DNA from: Savitreella phatthalungensis
Lineage: Eukaryota
Reading direction: 5' to 3'
Assembly (NCBI GenBank): GCA_051599415.1
Contig: AP039694.1
Location: forward strand, 620,001 to 650,743
Length of the DNA: 30,743 bases
Part shown: positions 21,442 to 30,743 of the stretch, piece by piece
How the letters are laid out: every line of letters begins with the position of its first letter
Position numbering within the stretch: the first letter of the stretch is position 1
Program-made: the position numbers and the translations under genes
The notes under the pieces: generated by a model
What the model was told of the DNA's origin: nothing
What the model saw: only the letters and a program-made list of their open reading frames with translations
Database searches by the model: none

Positions 21442-23313
21442 ATGGTAGATCAGAGTTCCGTCATCAAGGCGCTAGTCGCTGGCCTCGGCGTCATGTACGT
21501 CGATGCTAAATACTTCGTCGGCCATGATCTGAATGGAGTCCGTTCGATCCTGCGGGCGAGGCGTAATGTAGCATCCCGCGAAGCTGCCGACGTTTGCAAC
21601 AACTTCTATGTGATCGAGGATCACCTCAAGTCAAGGCCTGACGCAGTCATGCTTGTCTATGGTAGTCGCGAGTGGACCTATAAGCAGGCGATGACCGAGA
21701 TTCTCCGGTGGGCCAACTACCTGATCTCGCTCGATCTCAAGAGTGGTGATCTCGTGGCGCTCAATTTCACCAACAGGCCAGCGTTTGTCTTCGCTTTCTG
21801 CGGTGCTTGGGCAGCCGGCGTGGTTCCCGCACTTATAAACTTCAACCTTGTTGATAATGCGCTCGCCCATTGCGTCAAGGTCTCGACCGCGAAGGTGATG
21901 ATCTTCGACGATGAGGCCGCCAAGAATGTCTCCACCGCGAAGGACCTGCTTCCTGGCGTAAAGTTTATCTGCTACAGCGAGGACGCCCGAGCTGACTTTG
22001 CTGAAAACATCACGGCTGCCGATCTCTCGCGACAACCGCTGTCCCGACCACCGAACTCCCGCCGCGGCGGACAGAAGATGACAAGCCCGGCAGCACTGAT
22101 CTATACATCTGGTTCTACCGGTCTGCCGAAGGCCGCCATCGTGCCATGGGCAAAGTATGGCTCATCCGCCGTCGCCTCCTCCGGCCTAATTGGAATCACA
22201 CAATCCGACCGCTTCTACACCTGTATGCCGCTCTACCACGGCACTGCCAATATTCTCGGGTTTGGCTCCTGTCTCGCAGTTGGCGCCACATTCTGTCTCG
22301 GTCATCGTTTTAGCAACAAGACTTTTTGGCCTGAGGTACGCCAGACGCGCGCTACGATCATTCAGTACGTCGGCGAGGTCTGTCGCTATTTGCTTGCTGT
22401 TCCGCCAAGCCCCCTAGATGGTCAGCATAATGTGCGCATGGCATACGGCAATGGTATGCGTCCAGACGTTTGGGAACGATTCAGGCAAAGGTTCAAAATC
22501 CCAACCATCACCGAGTTCTACGCTTCAACAGAGGGTGTCGGTGGGTCGTTCAACCACAACTCGAACTCCCTCGGGGCTGGTGCTGTTGGCAAGCTCGGCT
22601 CACTCGGCAGGGCGCTGTCTCAATCGTACGCGATTGTGAAAGTCGACACTGACACGGAGGAGCTCGTGCGTGACAAGAATGGCTTGTGCGTGCTTTGCGG
22701 ACCCGGCGAGCCAGGAGAGCTCATGTACGTGCTTGAGGAGGGCAATGCAGAGCGCGCTTTTGTCGGCTACTTTGGCAACCAGAAAGCATCAGACTCGAAG
22801 CTGATACGCAACGTGGCCAAGAAAGGTGATCTTTACATGCGCATGGGCGACCTCATGTCGGTTGACGCAGATGGATTCACGTATTTCCATGATCGTCTTG
22901 GCGACACATTCCGATGGAAGGGCGAAAACGTGTCGACGACCGAAGTCGCGGAGGCTATCGGCTCCTTCCCTGGGATTGCAGAGGCGAATGTGTACGGAGT
23001 CCAGCTCCCGAACCACGACGGTCGAGCCGGCTGCGCTGCTGTCGATCTCGACCCATCAACCAAAGTGGATTGGGAGAAGCTTGGCCAGCACGTTGCAAAG
23101 GCTCTGCCGAAGTACGCTGTCCCGCTATTCGTCCGTATTACGCGCATGCAGTCGACTGGCAACTACAAGCAGCAGAAGGTTGGGCTTCGCAATGAGGGCG
23201 TCGACCACTCCAAGTGCGGAGGAGATCAGATCAAGTGGTTCAAGAACGGTCGATACGTCGACTTCGAGCCTCGAGACTGGCAGGCCCTCGTCGCAGGGCA
23301 AGCGAAGTTGTAG
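21442..23313 (+). CDS. FAT1: very-long-chain acyl-CoA synthetase / fatty acid transport protein, with PTS1 (-AKL)
   Basis: LIYTSGSTGLPKAA, MPLYHG, QYVGEVCRYLL, AYGNGMRPDVW, EFYASTEG, YFHDRLGDTFRWKGENVSTTEV. Ends AKL*. Confidence 0.95.
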   Translation: MVDQSSVIKALVAGLGVMYVDAKYFVGHDLNGVRSILRARRNVASREAADVCNNFYVIEDHLKSRPDAVMLVYGSREWTYKQAMTEILRWANYLISLDLKSGDLVALNFTNRPAFVFAFCGAWAAGVVPALINFNLVDNALAHCVKVSTAKVMIFDDEAAKNVSTAKDLLPGVKFICYSEDARADFAENITAADLSRQPLSRPPNSRRGGQKMTSPAALIYTSGSTGLPKAAIVPWAKYGSSAVASSGLIGITQSDRFYTCMPLYHGTANILGFGSCLAVGATFCLGHRFSNKTFWPEVRQTRATIIQYVGEVCRYLLAVPPSPLDGQHNVRMAYGNGMRPDVWERFRQRFKIPTITEFYASTEGVGGSFNHNSNSLGAGAVGKLGSLGRALSQSYAIVKVDTDTEELVRDKNGLCVLCGPGEPGELMYVLEEGNAERAFVGYFGNQKASDSKLIRNVAKKGDLYMRMGDLMSVDADGFTYFHDRLGDTFRWKGENVSTTEVAEAIGSFPGIAEANVYGVQLPNHDGRAGCAAVDLDPSTKVDWEKLGQHVAKALPKYAVPLFVRITRMQSTGNYKQQKVGLRNEGVDHSKCGGDQIKWFKNGRYVDFEPRDWQALVAGQAKL

Positions 23314-23581
23314 ACTGCCTCGCCTGCTGATGCATCTCCATTTTCTTTCACAGCAGCCTCCGTTTTCTTTAACGTATGGGAGTATAAAGTCTGCTTCAGG
23401 TAGAGTATAATTTAGTATTCTGATTGGTTCAGCATGTTGGGATGGGCCTTTCGGACCGGTAAAAATCGACCGCGGATCATCACTATCTCGCCATCGTATC
23501 AAATCAAAAAAGTCTGTAACTACGTGCCTTTCTCAACTACACAGAAGGCGAGACATTCAAAACTGCCTTTCACATCTCGTC

Positions 23582-25117
23582 ATGTCGCTCTACTCCAGCA
23601 ACGATGTTGAATGGACATGTTCCCTCACTCCGGGTGCTCACCCGCCGGCTCAATGGCGTCGAAGCTCTATCATCTGCACGATCGGCCCAAAGACTAACAA
23701 CAGCGAGATGATGAACAAGCTGCGCAAGGCTGGCATGAACGTCGTGCGCATGAACTTCTCTCATGGGGAGTATTCCTATCATCAGTCTGTCATTGACAAC
23801 GCCAGAGCCGCAGAGAAAGAGCAGGCCGGTCGTCCCCTTGCCATCGCCCTCGACACCAAAGGCCCCGAAATTCGCACCGGTCAAACTGAGGGTGACGCGG
23901 ATCTACCTATTGCGGCAGGAACCAAAATTCGCATCACCTGCGATGACCAGTACAAGCAGAAATGCTCAACCGAGACCATGTATGTCGACTACAAGAACAT
24001 TTGCAAGGTCATCGAAGCAGGACGTGTCATATACGTCGACGACGGAGTCCTCTCTTTCCTCGTTGATAAGGTTGTCGATGGCCAGAACCTGGAATGTACG
24101 TGCCTGAACAATGGAAAAATCTCATCACGAAAGGGTGTGAACCTACCCGGCACAGATGTTGACTTGCCAGCTCTTTCCGAGAAGGACAAGGCCGATCTGC
24201 AGTTCGGCGTCAAGAATAACGTCGACATGGTCTTTGCATCTTTCATCCGTCGTGCAGACGACATCCGCGAGATTCGCAAATGCCTCGGCGAGGCTGGGCG
24301 TGAGATCCGCATTATTGCTAAAATTGAGAATCGCCAGGGTGTCAACAACTTCGACGAGATTTTGAAGGAGACCGATGGCGTCATGGTAGCTCGCGGTGAT
24401 CTCGGAATCGAGATTCCTGCCCCCGAAGTCGTGCTGTGTCAGAAGATGATGATCGCGAAATGCAATTTGGCCGGTAAGCCTGTCATCTGCGCGACCCAAA
24501 TGCTTGAAAGCATGACTTACAACCCTCGACCCACAAGGGCAGAAGTATCTGACGTGGCGAACGCGATCCTCGATGGCGCGGACTGCGTTATGCTCTCCGG
24601 GGAAACAGCCAAGGGCAGTTATCCGGTTGAAGCAGTACGCATGATGCACGAGACTACAATCATGGCTGAAACTGCCATTCGCCCACGACTGTCGGAGGAT
24701 ATTCGCCTATTGACATCGCGTCCGACAGGCACTACTGAGACAGTATGCTGCTCTGCTGTAGCTGCAGCCTACGAGCAGTCCGCGAAGGCAATCGTTGTCC
24801 TCTCAACGTCCGGAGACACAGCGCGATTTGTTGCGAAGTACAAGCCCGCTGTACCTATCATCATGGTTACACGCAATGCTACCACGGCACGCAACGGCCA
24901 CCTTCACCGCGGAGTCTGGCCTTTCCTGTACACGAAGCAAAAGCCACAGACAGGCGAAGAATGGCAGGAAGGCGTCGACGAACGCCTCAAGTTCGGCTTC
25001 GATTCTGCTCGCGAACTCGGAATCTTGAAGACCGGAGACGTGGTGGTTGCAATTCAGGGCTGGCGCGGTGGCCTCGGCAATTCGAACACGATGCGTATCC
25101 TGCAGGTCTCGGACTAG
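23582..25117 (+). CDS. CDC19: pyruvate kinase
   Basis: [68 protein letters not shown]. Confidence 0.98.
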   Translation: MSLYSSNDVEWTCSLTPGAHPPAQWRRSSIICTIGPKTNNSEMMNKLRKAGMNVVRMNFSHGEYSYHQSVIDNARAAEKEQAGRPLAIALDTKGPEIRTGQTEGDADLPIAAGTKIRITCDDQYKQKCSTETMYVDYKNICKVIEAGRVIYVDDGVLSFLVDKVVDGQNLECTCLNNGKISSRKGVNLPGTDVDLPALSEKDKADLQFGVKNNVDMVFASFIRRADDIREIRKCLGEAGREIRIIAKIENRQGVNNFDEILKETDGVMVARGDLGIEIPAPEVVLCQKMMIAKCNLAGKPVICATQMLESMTYNPRPTRAEVSDVANAILDGADCVMLSGETAKGSYPVEAVRMMHETTIMAETAIRPRLSEDIRLLTSRPTGTTETVCCSAVAAAYEQSAKAIVVLSTSGDTARFVAKYKPAVPIIMVTRNATTARNGHLHRGVWPFLYTKQKPQTGEEWQEGVDERLKFGFDSARELGILKTGDVVVAIQGWRGGLGNSNTMRILQVSD

Positions 25118-25196
25118 GTACATCGTCGTCGTGTCTACCTGACTGCTACCCCTCCCATCTTTGATTTATTACACTCTAGACTATAAGAAGCGATTT

Positions 25197-25826
25197 TTAC
25201 CATAGCGTGGCGGCATCGCCAACACTTAACAAGCCACGTGCCACTTTCAGTTGCTCTTCGTTCTTCATCCGATCCGCATCAGTGATCACGTAGCCCGACA
25301 GTCGCAGCACCTCAGCAGGCTCTATTGTCTTGCGGCCGCGCTTGAAGACGTACTGAGCGACCGACTGGGCTTTGTGTATGCCCTTGCCATTGACGAACCT
25401 AGTCGATAGGAAGAACCACTTTTCGTCCCAAGCTACTAGCTTTGTCTGGATGTCATAGTGCTCATACGGGTCTATCTGTCGCTTAAAGCTCGCCGCGACT
25501 CCACCGAGCGCAACATAGTATTCCGCCTTCAATAGCAAAAGTCTGTCCCAATGCGCTAGCGCAAAGTCGAGCCGAGCCATATCAGCATCTGCGAAGTAGG
25601 TCGAGTTCGATTTGTGCAGATTGTAATCGAGGTCACCGAGTGAGGCACGCGACGAGACAGTTCGTACTTCCCAGATGTCGCGCGTGGTGATCGGTCTGAC
25701 TTTATACTGAATAGTGCGTTTGAGAATATAGTACCCGAAGCGAAGATGCCAGACGAACAGGCCGTTCTTCCATGCCAGAAGATATATGAGTGCAAGCGTA
25801 TACTTCGCCAGAGACCACAGCGCCAT
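25197..25826 (-). CDS. hotdog-fold thioesterase-like protein (THEM6/YBR096W-like)
   Basis: WHLRF, DLDYNLHKSNSTYFADADMAR, LGGVAASFKRQI, WDEKWFF, YVFKRGRKTI. First ATG is 25826. Confidence 0.8.
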   Translation of the reverse strand: MALWSLAKYTLALIYLLAWKNGLFVWHLRFGYYILKRTIQYKVRPITTRDIWEVRTVSSRASLGDLDYNLHKSNSTYFADADMARLDFALAHWDRLLLLKAEYYVALGGVAASFKRQIDPYEHYDIQTKLVAWDEKWFFLSTRFVNGKGIHKAQSVAQYVFKRGRKTIEPAEVLRLSGYVITDADRMKNEEQLKVARGLLSVGDAATLW

Positions 25827-26048
25827 CAAAGTAGTCGTGTTTTGTGGTAACGGCCTCTCTTGTCTTACTCCATTCCGAGTCTGCGATTCATAGAAAGCCT
25901 CGGTCGATTTTCCCAATCGGGTTATGGATAGGATCATTACTCACTCAATTAAGATCCACGATCTTCAGCTGCTTAATTCAGAGCTGCATGTGAATGTTTC
26001 GTCAACGACTTGTGCCATAAGCATTCACAAATACATCAATATTCGCTA

Positions 26049-27962
26049 TCACGATCGCCGCATCTCTTTGTACAAGGACTCCATGTTATGCCTGCGACGC
26101 TCTTCGTCGATCTCTCCATCGTTCTGCGTCATGTCAGAGCTTGTCTCGGACGGTCTGTGCGCTGGCTTCAGATTTTCAAAATAGCCGACGACGTCTGGAA
26201 TACGCGTCGGATCGTCCTCTTCCTCTGACGTCTCGGAGCTGCCAAAGGCCTTCTCATCCTGTTTTCGTGCGCTGCGAGCACGAACGGCGGCTTCCAGCTC
26301 CGCGAATCGCGCCTGTCGATCGAGCTCGGGGTCATAGGCCTTGTGACGTTTCAGAATCAGTCGCTCGAAGAGGCTGAGATGACGTGGGTGGACAGCTACT
26401 CCGTGATATTCATGCTCACGACCGGCACGGACAGCGCGCCAGTAACGTTCGGATTCGCCGAGATCGAGTCCTGTGGTATCCGCGGTGAACAACAGTGTTA
26501 AAACCATGCCAATAGCAGCGGCACCCCCTGTGACATAGAAAGCCGTTTGGGCGGTCGTTTCGGCGAGCGCGACGGTCGCCGCGAGGGCTCCGATCTTCCC
26601 CCATGCCGCAGAGATGCCCGCCGTTGTGGCACGAATCTCCGCAGGATACAGTTCGGCTGCTAGGAGGAAGGTCGTTGCATTACTGCCCCATTGCGTGAAA
26701 AACTGAATCAAGAAGTAGATGGCCTCAAATGATTTGACATTGTCCTTCTGCGTAAGCGTTTCAAACCGGATGGCCGCGGAAATCTGGAGGACGAAGAGTG
26801 CCGCAAGACCAATGAGCTGCAAACGGTAGCGACCAAGCCACTTGTAGTCAATCGTGATCGCTGCCAAGTTGTAGCCCAAGATGGAGACTGCGATCGCCAG
26901 CAAGTTGTACTCATAGTTGCTGAAAAGGGCGTCGGCACCGGATTTGCCGGTAACGATTGATATGAGCCTGCTCTTGATGAGCGTTGGCCCATAGAACACG
27001 ATGTCTGACATGCACCACACGCCAGCTGTGCCGAGCACGCGATGCCAGTAGTGACTCATGCTAAGTTTGAGTGCAGCGGAATCGTAGCCACTCGTAATCT
27101 TGGCCTTCCGTAACTTGTCGTCCGACGTCTTCAGGCGGTAGACACGCAAGTAGAGCATCAGAAGCGTAACACTGCCAATGATGCCATACTGAGTCCTGTA
27201 GGCTGCTTGCGTCGTCAGCTTGCTGAACGGGGGCTGTTCTCCGCCATTGAAGATAAGTAAGCCCAGGAGCAGCAGGCTTTGTTGGAAGAATTGTCCGTTT
27301 CCCTGCTGCGAGAAGGCGAGCTGGACGGAGCGACCGCGACGGAGACGATCGGCTCGCCGAGTGCCCCTGCGCTCCAATACACTGGAAGACGATCCAGGAT
27401 ACTCCCCACCAACAAAGACGCCATACACCCAATTAGAAACGATCAAAGCAGCGACCCAACCTTGCAAGGAAGTGCCCCATACAAGCGACAGCATTAGCAA
27501 TCCGATTGACATGCCTGCCGCATCGATAATTCCGCCCCTCCGCCGGCCAACCCAGTCAAATACCACGCCCATCGAGACCTGTCCAATGATGATACCGATG
27601 ATTGACGAATAGGAGACAGCCTTCACTGACTGATCATCGCACTGCGTCGGATTCTTGCCCCAGCACTGTGGCCAGACGACAGCAAAAAGCGCAGACAAAT
27701 TACCGATCGCAAAAAGCGTGGCACCCTCGGTAAAAAGCCCGAGCCCTGGCGTCCAGGCATGTCGAAAGTACGCTCTCACAGGCTCGAACGGGTCTTTCAC
27801 AAACATATGCCATAATAGTTTTGCATCCCGGCTGGCCTCGCTCCCGCTCTGACCGAACGTGAAGCGCTGTCGTTGAGCCCATGGCAGGTCTGCCCAGTAC
27901 GTCCGGCCTAGGTATATGTCATCTGGACAGAGCGTCGTGTCAAGCTCGCGCGGCGTCGCCAT
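26049..27962 (-). CDS. MFS Pho84/Git1-family phosphate or organophosphate transporter
   Basis: Multiple TM helices, DWVGRR, GGEYP, RRG..V.LAFSQQGNG, FFTQWGSNATTFLLAAELYP..RATTAGISAAWGKIGA. Confidence 0.88.
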   Translation of the reverse strand: MATPRELDTTLCPDDIYLGRTYWADLPWAQRQRFTFGQSGSEASRDAKLLWHMFVKDPFEPVRAYFRHAWTPGLGLFTEGATLFAIGNLSALFAVVWPQCWGKNPTQCDDQSVKAVSYSSIIGIIIGQVSMGVVFDWVGRRRGGIIDAAGMSIGLLMLSLVWGTSLQGWVAALIVSNWVYGVFVGGEYPGSSSSVLERRGTRRADRLRRGRSVQLAFSQQGNGQFFQQSLLLLGLLIFNGGEQPPFSKLTTQAAYRTQYGIIGSVTLLMLYLRVYRLKTSDDKLRKAKITSGYDSAALKLSMSHYWHRVLGTAGVWCMSDIVFYGPTLIKSRLISIVTGKSGADALFSNYEYNLLAIAVSILGYNLAAITIDYKWLGRYRLQLIGLAALFVLQISAAIRFETLTQKDNVKSFEAIYFLIQFFTQWGSNATTFLLAAELYPAEIRATTAGISAAWGKIGALAATVALAETTAQTAFYVTGGAAAIGMVLTLLFTADTTGLDLGESERYWRAVRAGREHEYHGVAVHPRHLSLFERLILKRHKAYDPELDRQARFAELEAAVRARSARKQDEKAFGSSETSEEEDDPTRIPDVVGYFENLKPAHRPSETSSDMTQNDGEIDEERRRHNMESLYKEMRRS

Positions 27963-29109
27963 GGACGACTCGATATCATTTTGCCGGAATCGGGGCCAAT
28001 TTTATGGATCCGCCAGGGCTCGTACGTTCAGACATGAAACATTCTTTTTTTCCAATCCGTAGTATTCCATGGCCAATCAGAGAGCTGCTTTCCCTGGCAC
28101 CAATGACGCAGATTCATGCGGTGGGGCACACAGCGTCACGAAATGCCAAACACGTTCTTCAGGAAAGCATGCTAATTCGCTACTGATCTTTAATTGGGAC
28201 ATCCTTCCCCGTCATCTTCTTGAAACCGCTGCGAATACCATCTGAGATTTTCTCCGTCGTGTTACGCGAGGTGCCGTGGCCGGCCTTCTTTGACAGGAAA
28301 TCAACGCCTAGGATGCAGTCAGCCTTTGTCACATATCAAGACTTCGAAGCCTACCCTTGTCGAGCGCATCCATATTTTGATTGCCGGCGGCGGGGTTCTG
28401 TGTAGGCTGCGACATGATCCGTAGTCTCTTGTTGAGCGAGTGGGAGCGTTCTGAGGTTTATATGCCAAACTTTATTTATCAATGACGTATGCCGATCGCT
28501 GACCATGGTCCGTGATTCGTCAATGCACAACTGCTATCAGGAATCGGAAGATAGCGATCATAACCAAATTAGCGCTTCATCTGATCTTATATATGCGCCG
28601 CTGTCATGTGCGTCGCCCCTGGTTACCTATGACTGTGAGAGTCGTGCTCGAGAAGCGCAAGGGGACATCGAGGGCTCAAGCAGTGAACTTGTCTCGCAGA
28701 TACGCTTAGCTAGCGAGTGTCATTGCGAAGATTTCGTCAGGTTGATAGACAGAGTCTGCACTGCTGCGATATGCGCCAATATCTTCGCTTCATATCGTTG
28801 TAGCATGGGTTAGTCCGTGACTGGGCAGCCGCAGCCGTGGAGTTGCTTCGACTACCATCGACTCGCTAAGCACAAACACGAGTATATTCACTTCAAAAAT
28901 CCAACTCGTTTTCACAGGTGCTAGATAATACCGATGATTTTAAGCATGAAATACTGCATAGCTTCCGCAACTGTGAGTTCTCAGCTAGGGACAAATCTAA
29001 CAGCAACCCGAGTACATCCAAAACTGCAGCACACAATGAACTCAGGCATGACTGCAACCGAAAATGATCTTTATCTAGACATGCGCCGGCTAGGCGCTAC
29101 ACTGGTGGC

Positions 29110-29110
<1 letters not shown>

Positions 29111-29176
<66 letters not shown>
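29111..29176 (+). repeat. (CAG)22 microsatellite, followed by degenerate CAG/TAG triplets
   Basis: 66 nt of perfect CAG. Confidence 0.97.
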
Positions 29177-29177
<1 letters not shown>

Positions 29178-30328
29178 GATGGCAGTAGCACCAGTAGTAG
29201 CAGCAGTAGTGACAGCAGCATAGTGGCAGCATTATAGACTGAGTGAAGGTGCTCAGAGAAGTAGTAAGTGTGGTAGCAATAGCGATAGCAGTTGTCCCAG
29301 TCAAATGAACATAGACTAGAAAGTAGAATGTTGCGTACAAAAAGCACAGACAGACACAGTCACAATGTAGCTGACAGGTTACAGTGTATGATACGGGAAA
29401 ACACATGTGACAGTGCACAAGCTAGGCAATAGGAGCAAATGAGAGAGAGTCAAAGTGAGTTGTGGAGGAAAGGGCACAGGGCAGCACATGCAATGGATTT
29501 GACAAGCAACAGTGGAGGAAACAGTGCATGGCATGTGACATTGCAGTCAATTGCAGTCAATTGATGTTGCACAACAGGCGCCAGTGCCAATTACAGGCAG
29601 AGGAAAGGGAATGCAGGCAACAGGGTAGGGCCAGGGCCAAGCAGGTGGTGTTTATAACAAGCTGAGACAGAGTCAGTGGCAGGGCCAGGTGACAAATGAC
29701 AGTGACAAGTGACAGTGCAGCAATGACACATCAAGTGACAGTGCAGTTTGAACAGATGACATCATTCAGCCAATGGCAGTGCAGTAATGAAACAAGGTAC
29801 AGTGCGGGCAACAAGTGTGTGATACACAGCAGGGGTTGACAGGTCAACAGCAATTGGCAGATCAAGGGTTTGACAAATGCCAGGCCGCAGAGCAGGGCAA
29901 TGAGGCAAGTAGTAGCGTAGGTAATGGTATTTGAGAGATGATGACACAAGTGACAGTGCAGATAACACCGGGTGACAGGTGATGGTGGAGGCAACAGCAG
30001 ATGGCAGACAACGGTGCAGATAACAGGATTTGAAGGAGACCAGGCAGGTAACAACATTTGACAGAGACAGGGCAGGTGACAGCATGTGAGGGTTACAGGG
30101 TGTGTAATGGCAATTGAGAGATGGCAGTGGAGGTGTTGGGATTGATGAGTGATTTTGACAGTTGATGGCATTTGGCAGGTGATGGTATTTGCGAGGCGGC
30201 AGGGCGGATAACAGTGTTGGGGGAGTGGCAGTTCAGGTAACAGCAGTTGACAGGGGACATGGAGGTAACAGCATGTGACAGGTGACAGGTGACATGCAGA
30301 TGACAGCATTTGGCATTTTGCAGGTGAC
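29177..30328. repeat. telomere-associated degenerate repeat: purine-skewed, TGACA/GGCAG-rich, CpG-poor
   Basis: About 25 TGACA copies on the + strand and CAAGTGACAGTGCAG three times. About 13 CpG by hand count. Confidence 0.75.
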
Positions 30329-30574
30329 GGGTGAAGGTCAGGGTGAAGGTCAGGGTGAGAGTCAGGGTGAGGGTGAGAGTGAGGGTCAGGGTGAAGGTCA
30401 GGGTGAGAGTCAGGGTGAGGGTGAGAGTGAGGGTCAGGGTGAAGGTCAGGGTGAGGGTCAGGGTCAGGGTCAGGGTGAGGGTCAGGGTGAGGGTCAGGGT
30501 CAGGGTCAGGGTCAGGGTCAGGGTCAGGGTCAGGGTCAGGGTCAGGGTCAGGGTCAGGGTCAGGGTCAGGGTCA
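30329..30574 (+). repeat. telomere variant repeats: 27 mixed hexamers (GGGTGA/GGGTCA/AGGTCA/GAGTCA/GAGTGA) then (GGGTCA)14
   Basis: Unbroken 6-nt phase from 30329. The pure GGGTCA block is 30491-30574. Confidence 0.9.
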
Positions 30575-30670
30575 GGGTTAGGGTTAGGGTTAGGGTTAGG
30601 GTTAGGGTTAGGGTTAGGGTTAGGGTTAGGGTTAGGGTTAGGGTTAGGGTTAGGGTTAGGGTTAGGGTTA
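30575..30670 (+). repeat. telomere (TTAGGG)n, 16 copies, G-strand oriented toward the end
   Basis: (GGGTTA)16 directly followed by sequencing adapter. Confidence 0.97.
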
Positions 30671-30743
30671 GCTGTTCTCGCAAAGGCAGAAAGTAGTCTT
30701 AACCTTAGCAATACGTAACTGAACGAAGTACAGGACCGCGCGA
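30671..30743. other. untrimmed Oxford Nanopore native barcode (barcode 06 as recalled) and ligation adapter; artifact
   Basis: GCTG + 24-mer TTCTCGCAAAGGCAGAAAGTAGTC (30675-30698) + flank TTAACCTT + adapter AGCAATACGTAACTGAACGAAGTACAGG (30707-30734). Confidence 0.95.

Noticed and set aside
23458..25201. 11-bp inverted repeat GGTAAAAATCG flanking pyruvate kinase
   Set aside because: Chance-level length, with no target-site duplication or transposase. One copy overlaps the thioesterase stop.
28934..29418. polyQ/polyC/polyL ORFs
   Set aside because: These are frames through the CAG tract with no recognisable protein content.
29731..30711. ORFs with PN/PD, LT, VR and GQ dipeptide runs
   Set aside because: They are stop-free by-products of the hexamer repeat; one starts inside the adapter.
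30575..30743. Interstitial telomere or telomere-inserted retroelement
   Set aside because: The distal sequence is nanopore barcode/adapter.

Overview
This is the right-hand end of a compact, intron-poor fungal chromosome. The Cbf11-type CSL factor and S. pombe-like pyruvate kinase suggest an early-diverging ascomycete (Taphrinomycotina); this is inference. It holds 16 tightly packed genes: a partial alpha/beta hydrolase, URA3, SSH4, a UBX protein, MED8, a molybdopterin-binding/CinA-like::3-hydroxyanthranilate dioxygenase fusion, an ANTH adaptor, an ABZ2-like lyase, a ferric reductase, a PX protein, an HSL-type esterase, an F-box protein, CSL, FAT1, pyruvate kinase, a thioesterase-like protein and a Pho84-like transporter. 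After the genes come (CAG)22, a ~1.2 kb CpG-depleted TGACA-rich subtelomere, and a layered telomere (mixed variant repeats, then (GGGTCA)14, then (GGGTTA)16). The window ends in an untrimmed Oxford Nanopore barcode/adapter. Best leads: (1) a cryptic peroxisomal signal (-SRL) behind the pyruvate kinase stop codon; (2) the FAD-hydrolase-like::BNA1 fusion with a candidate mitochondrial presequence; (3) the ordered telomere variant array and a methylation-deamination-like signature next to it.
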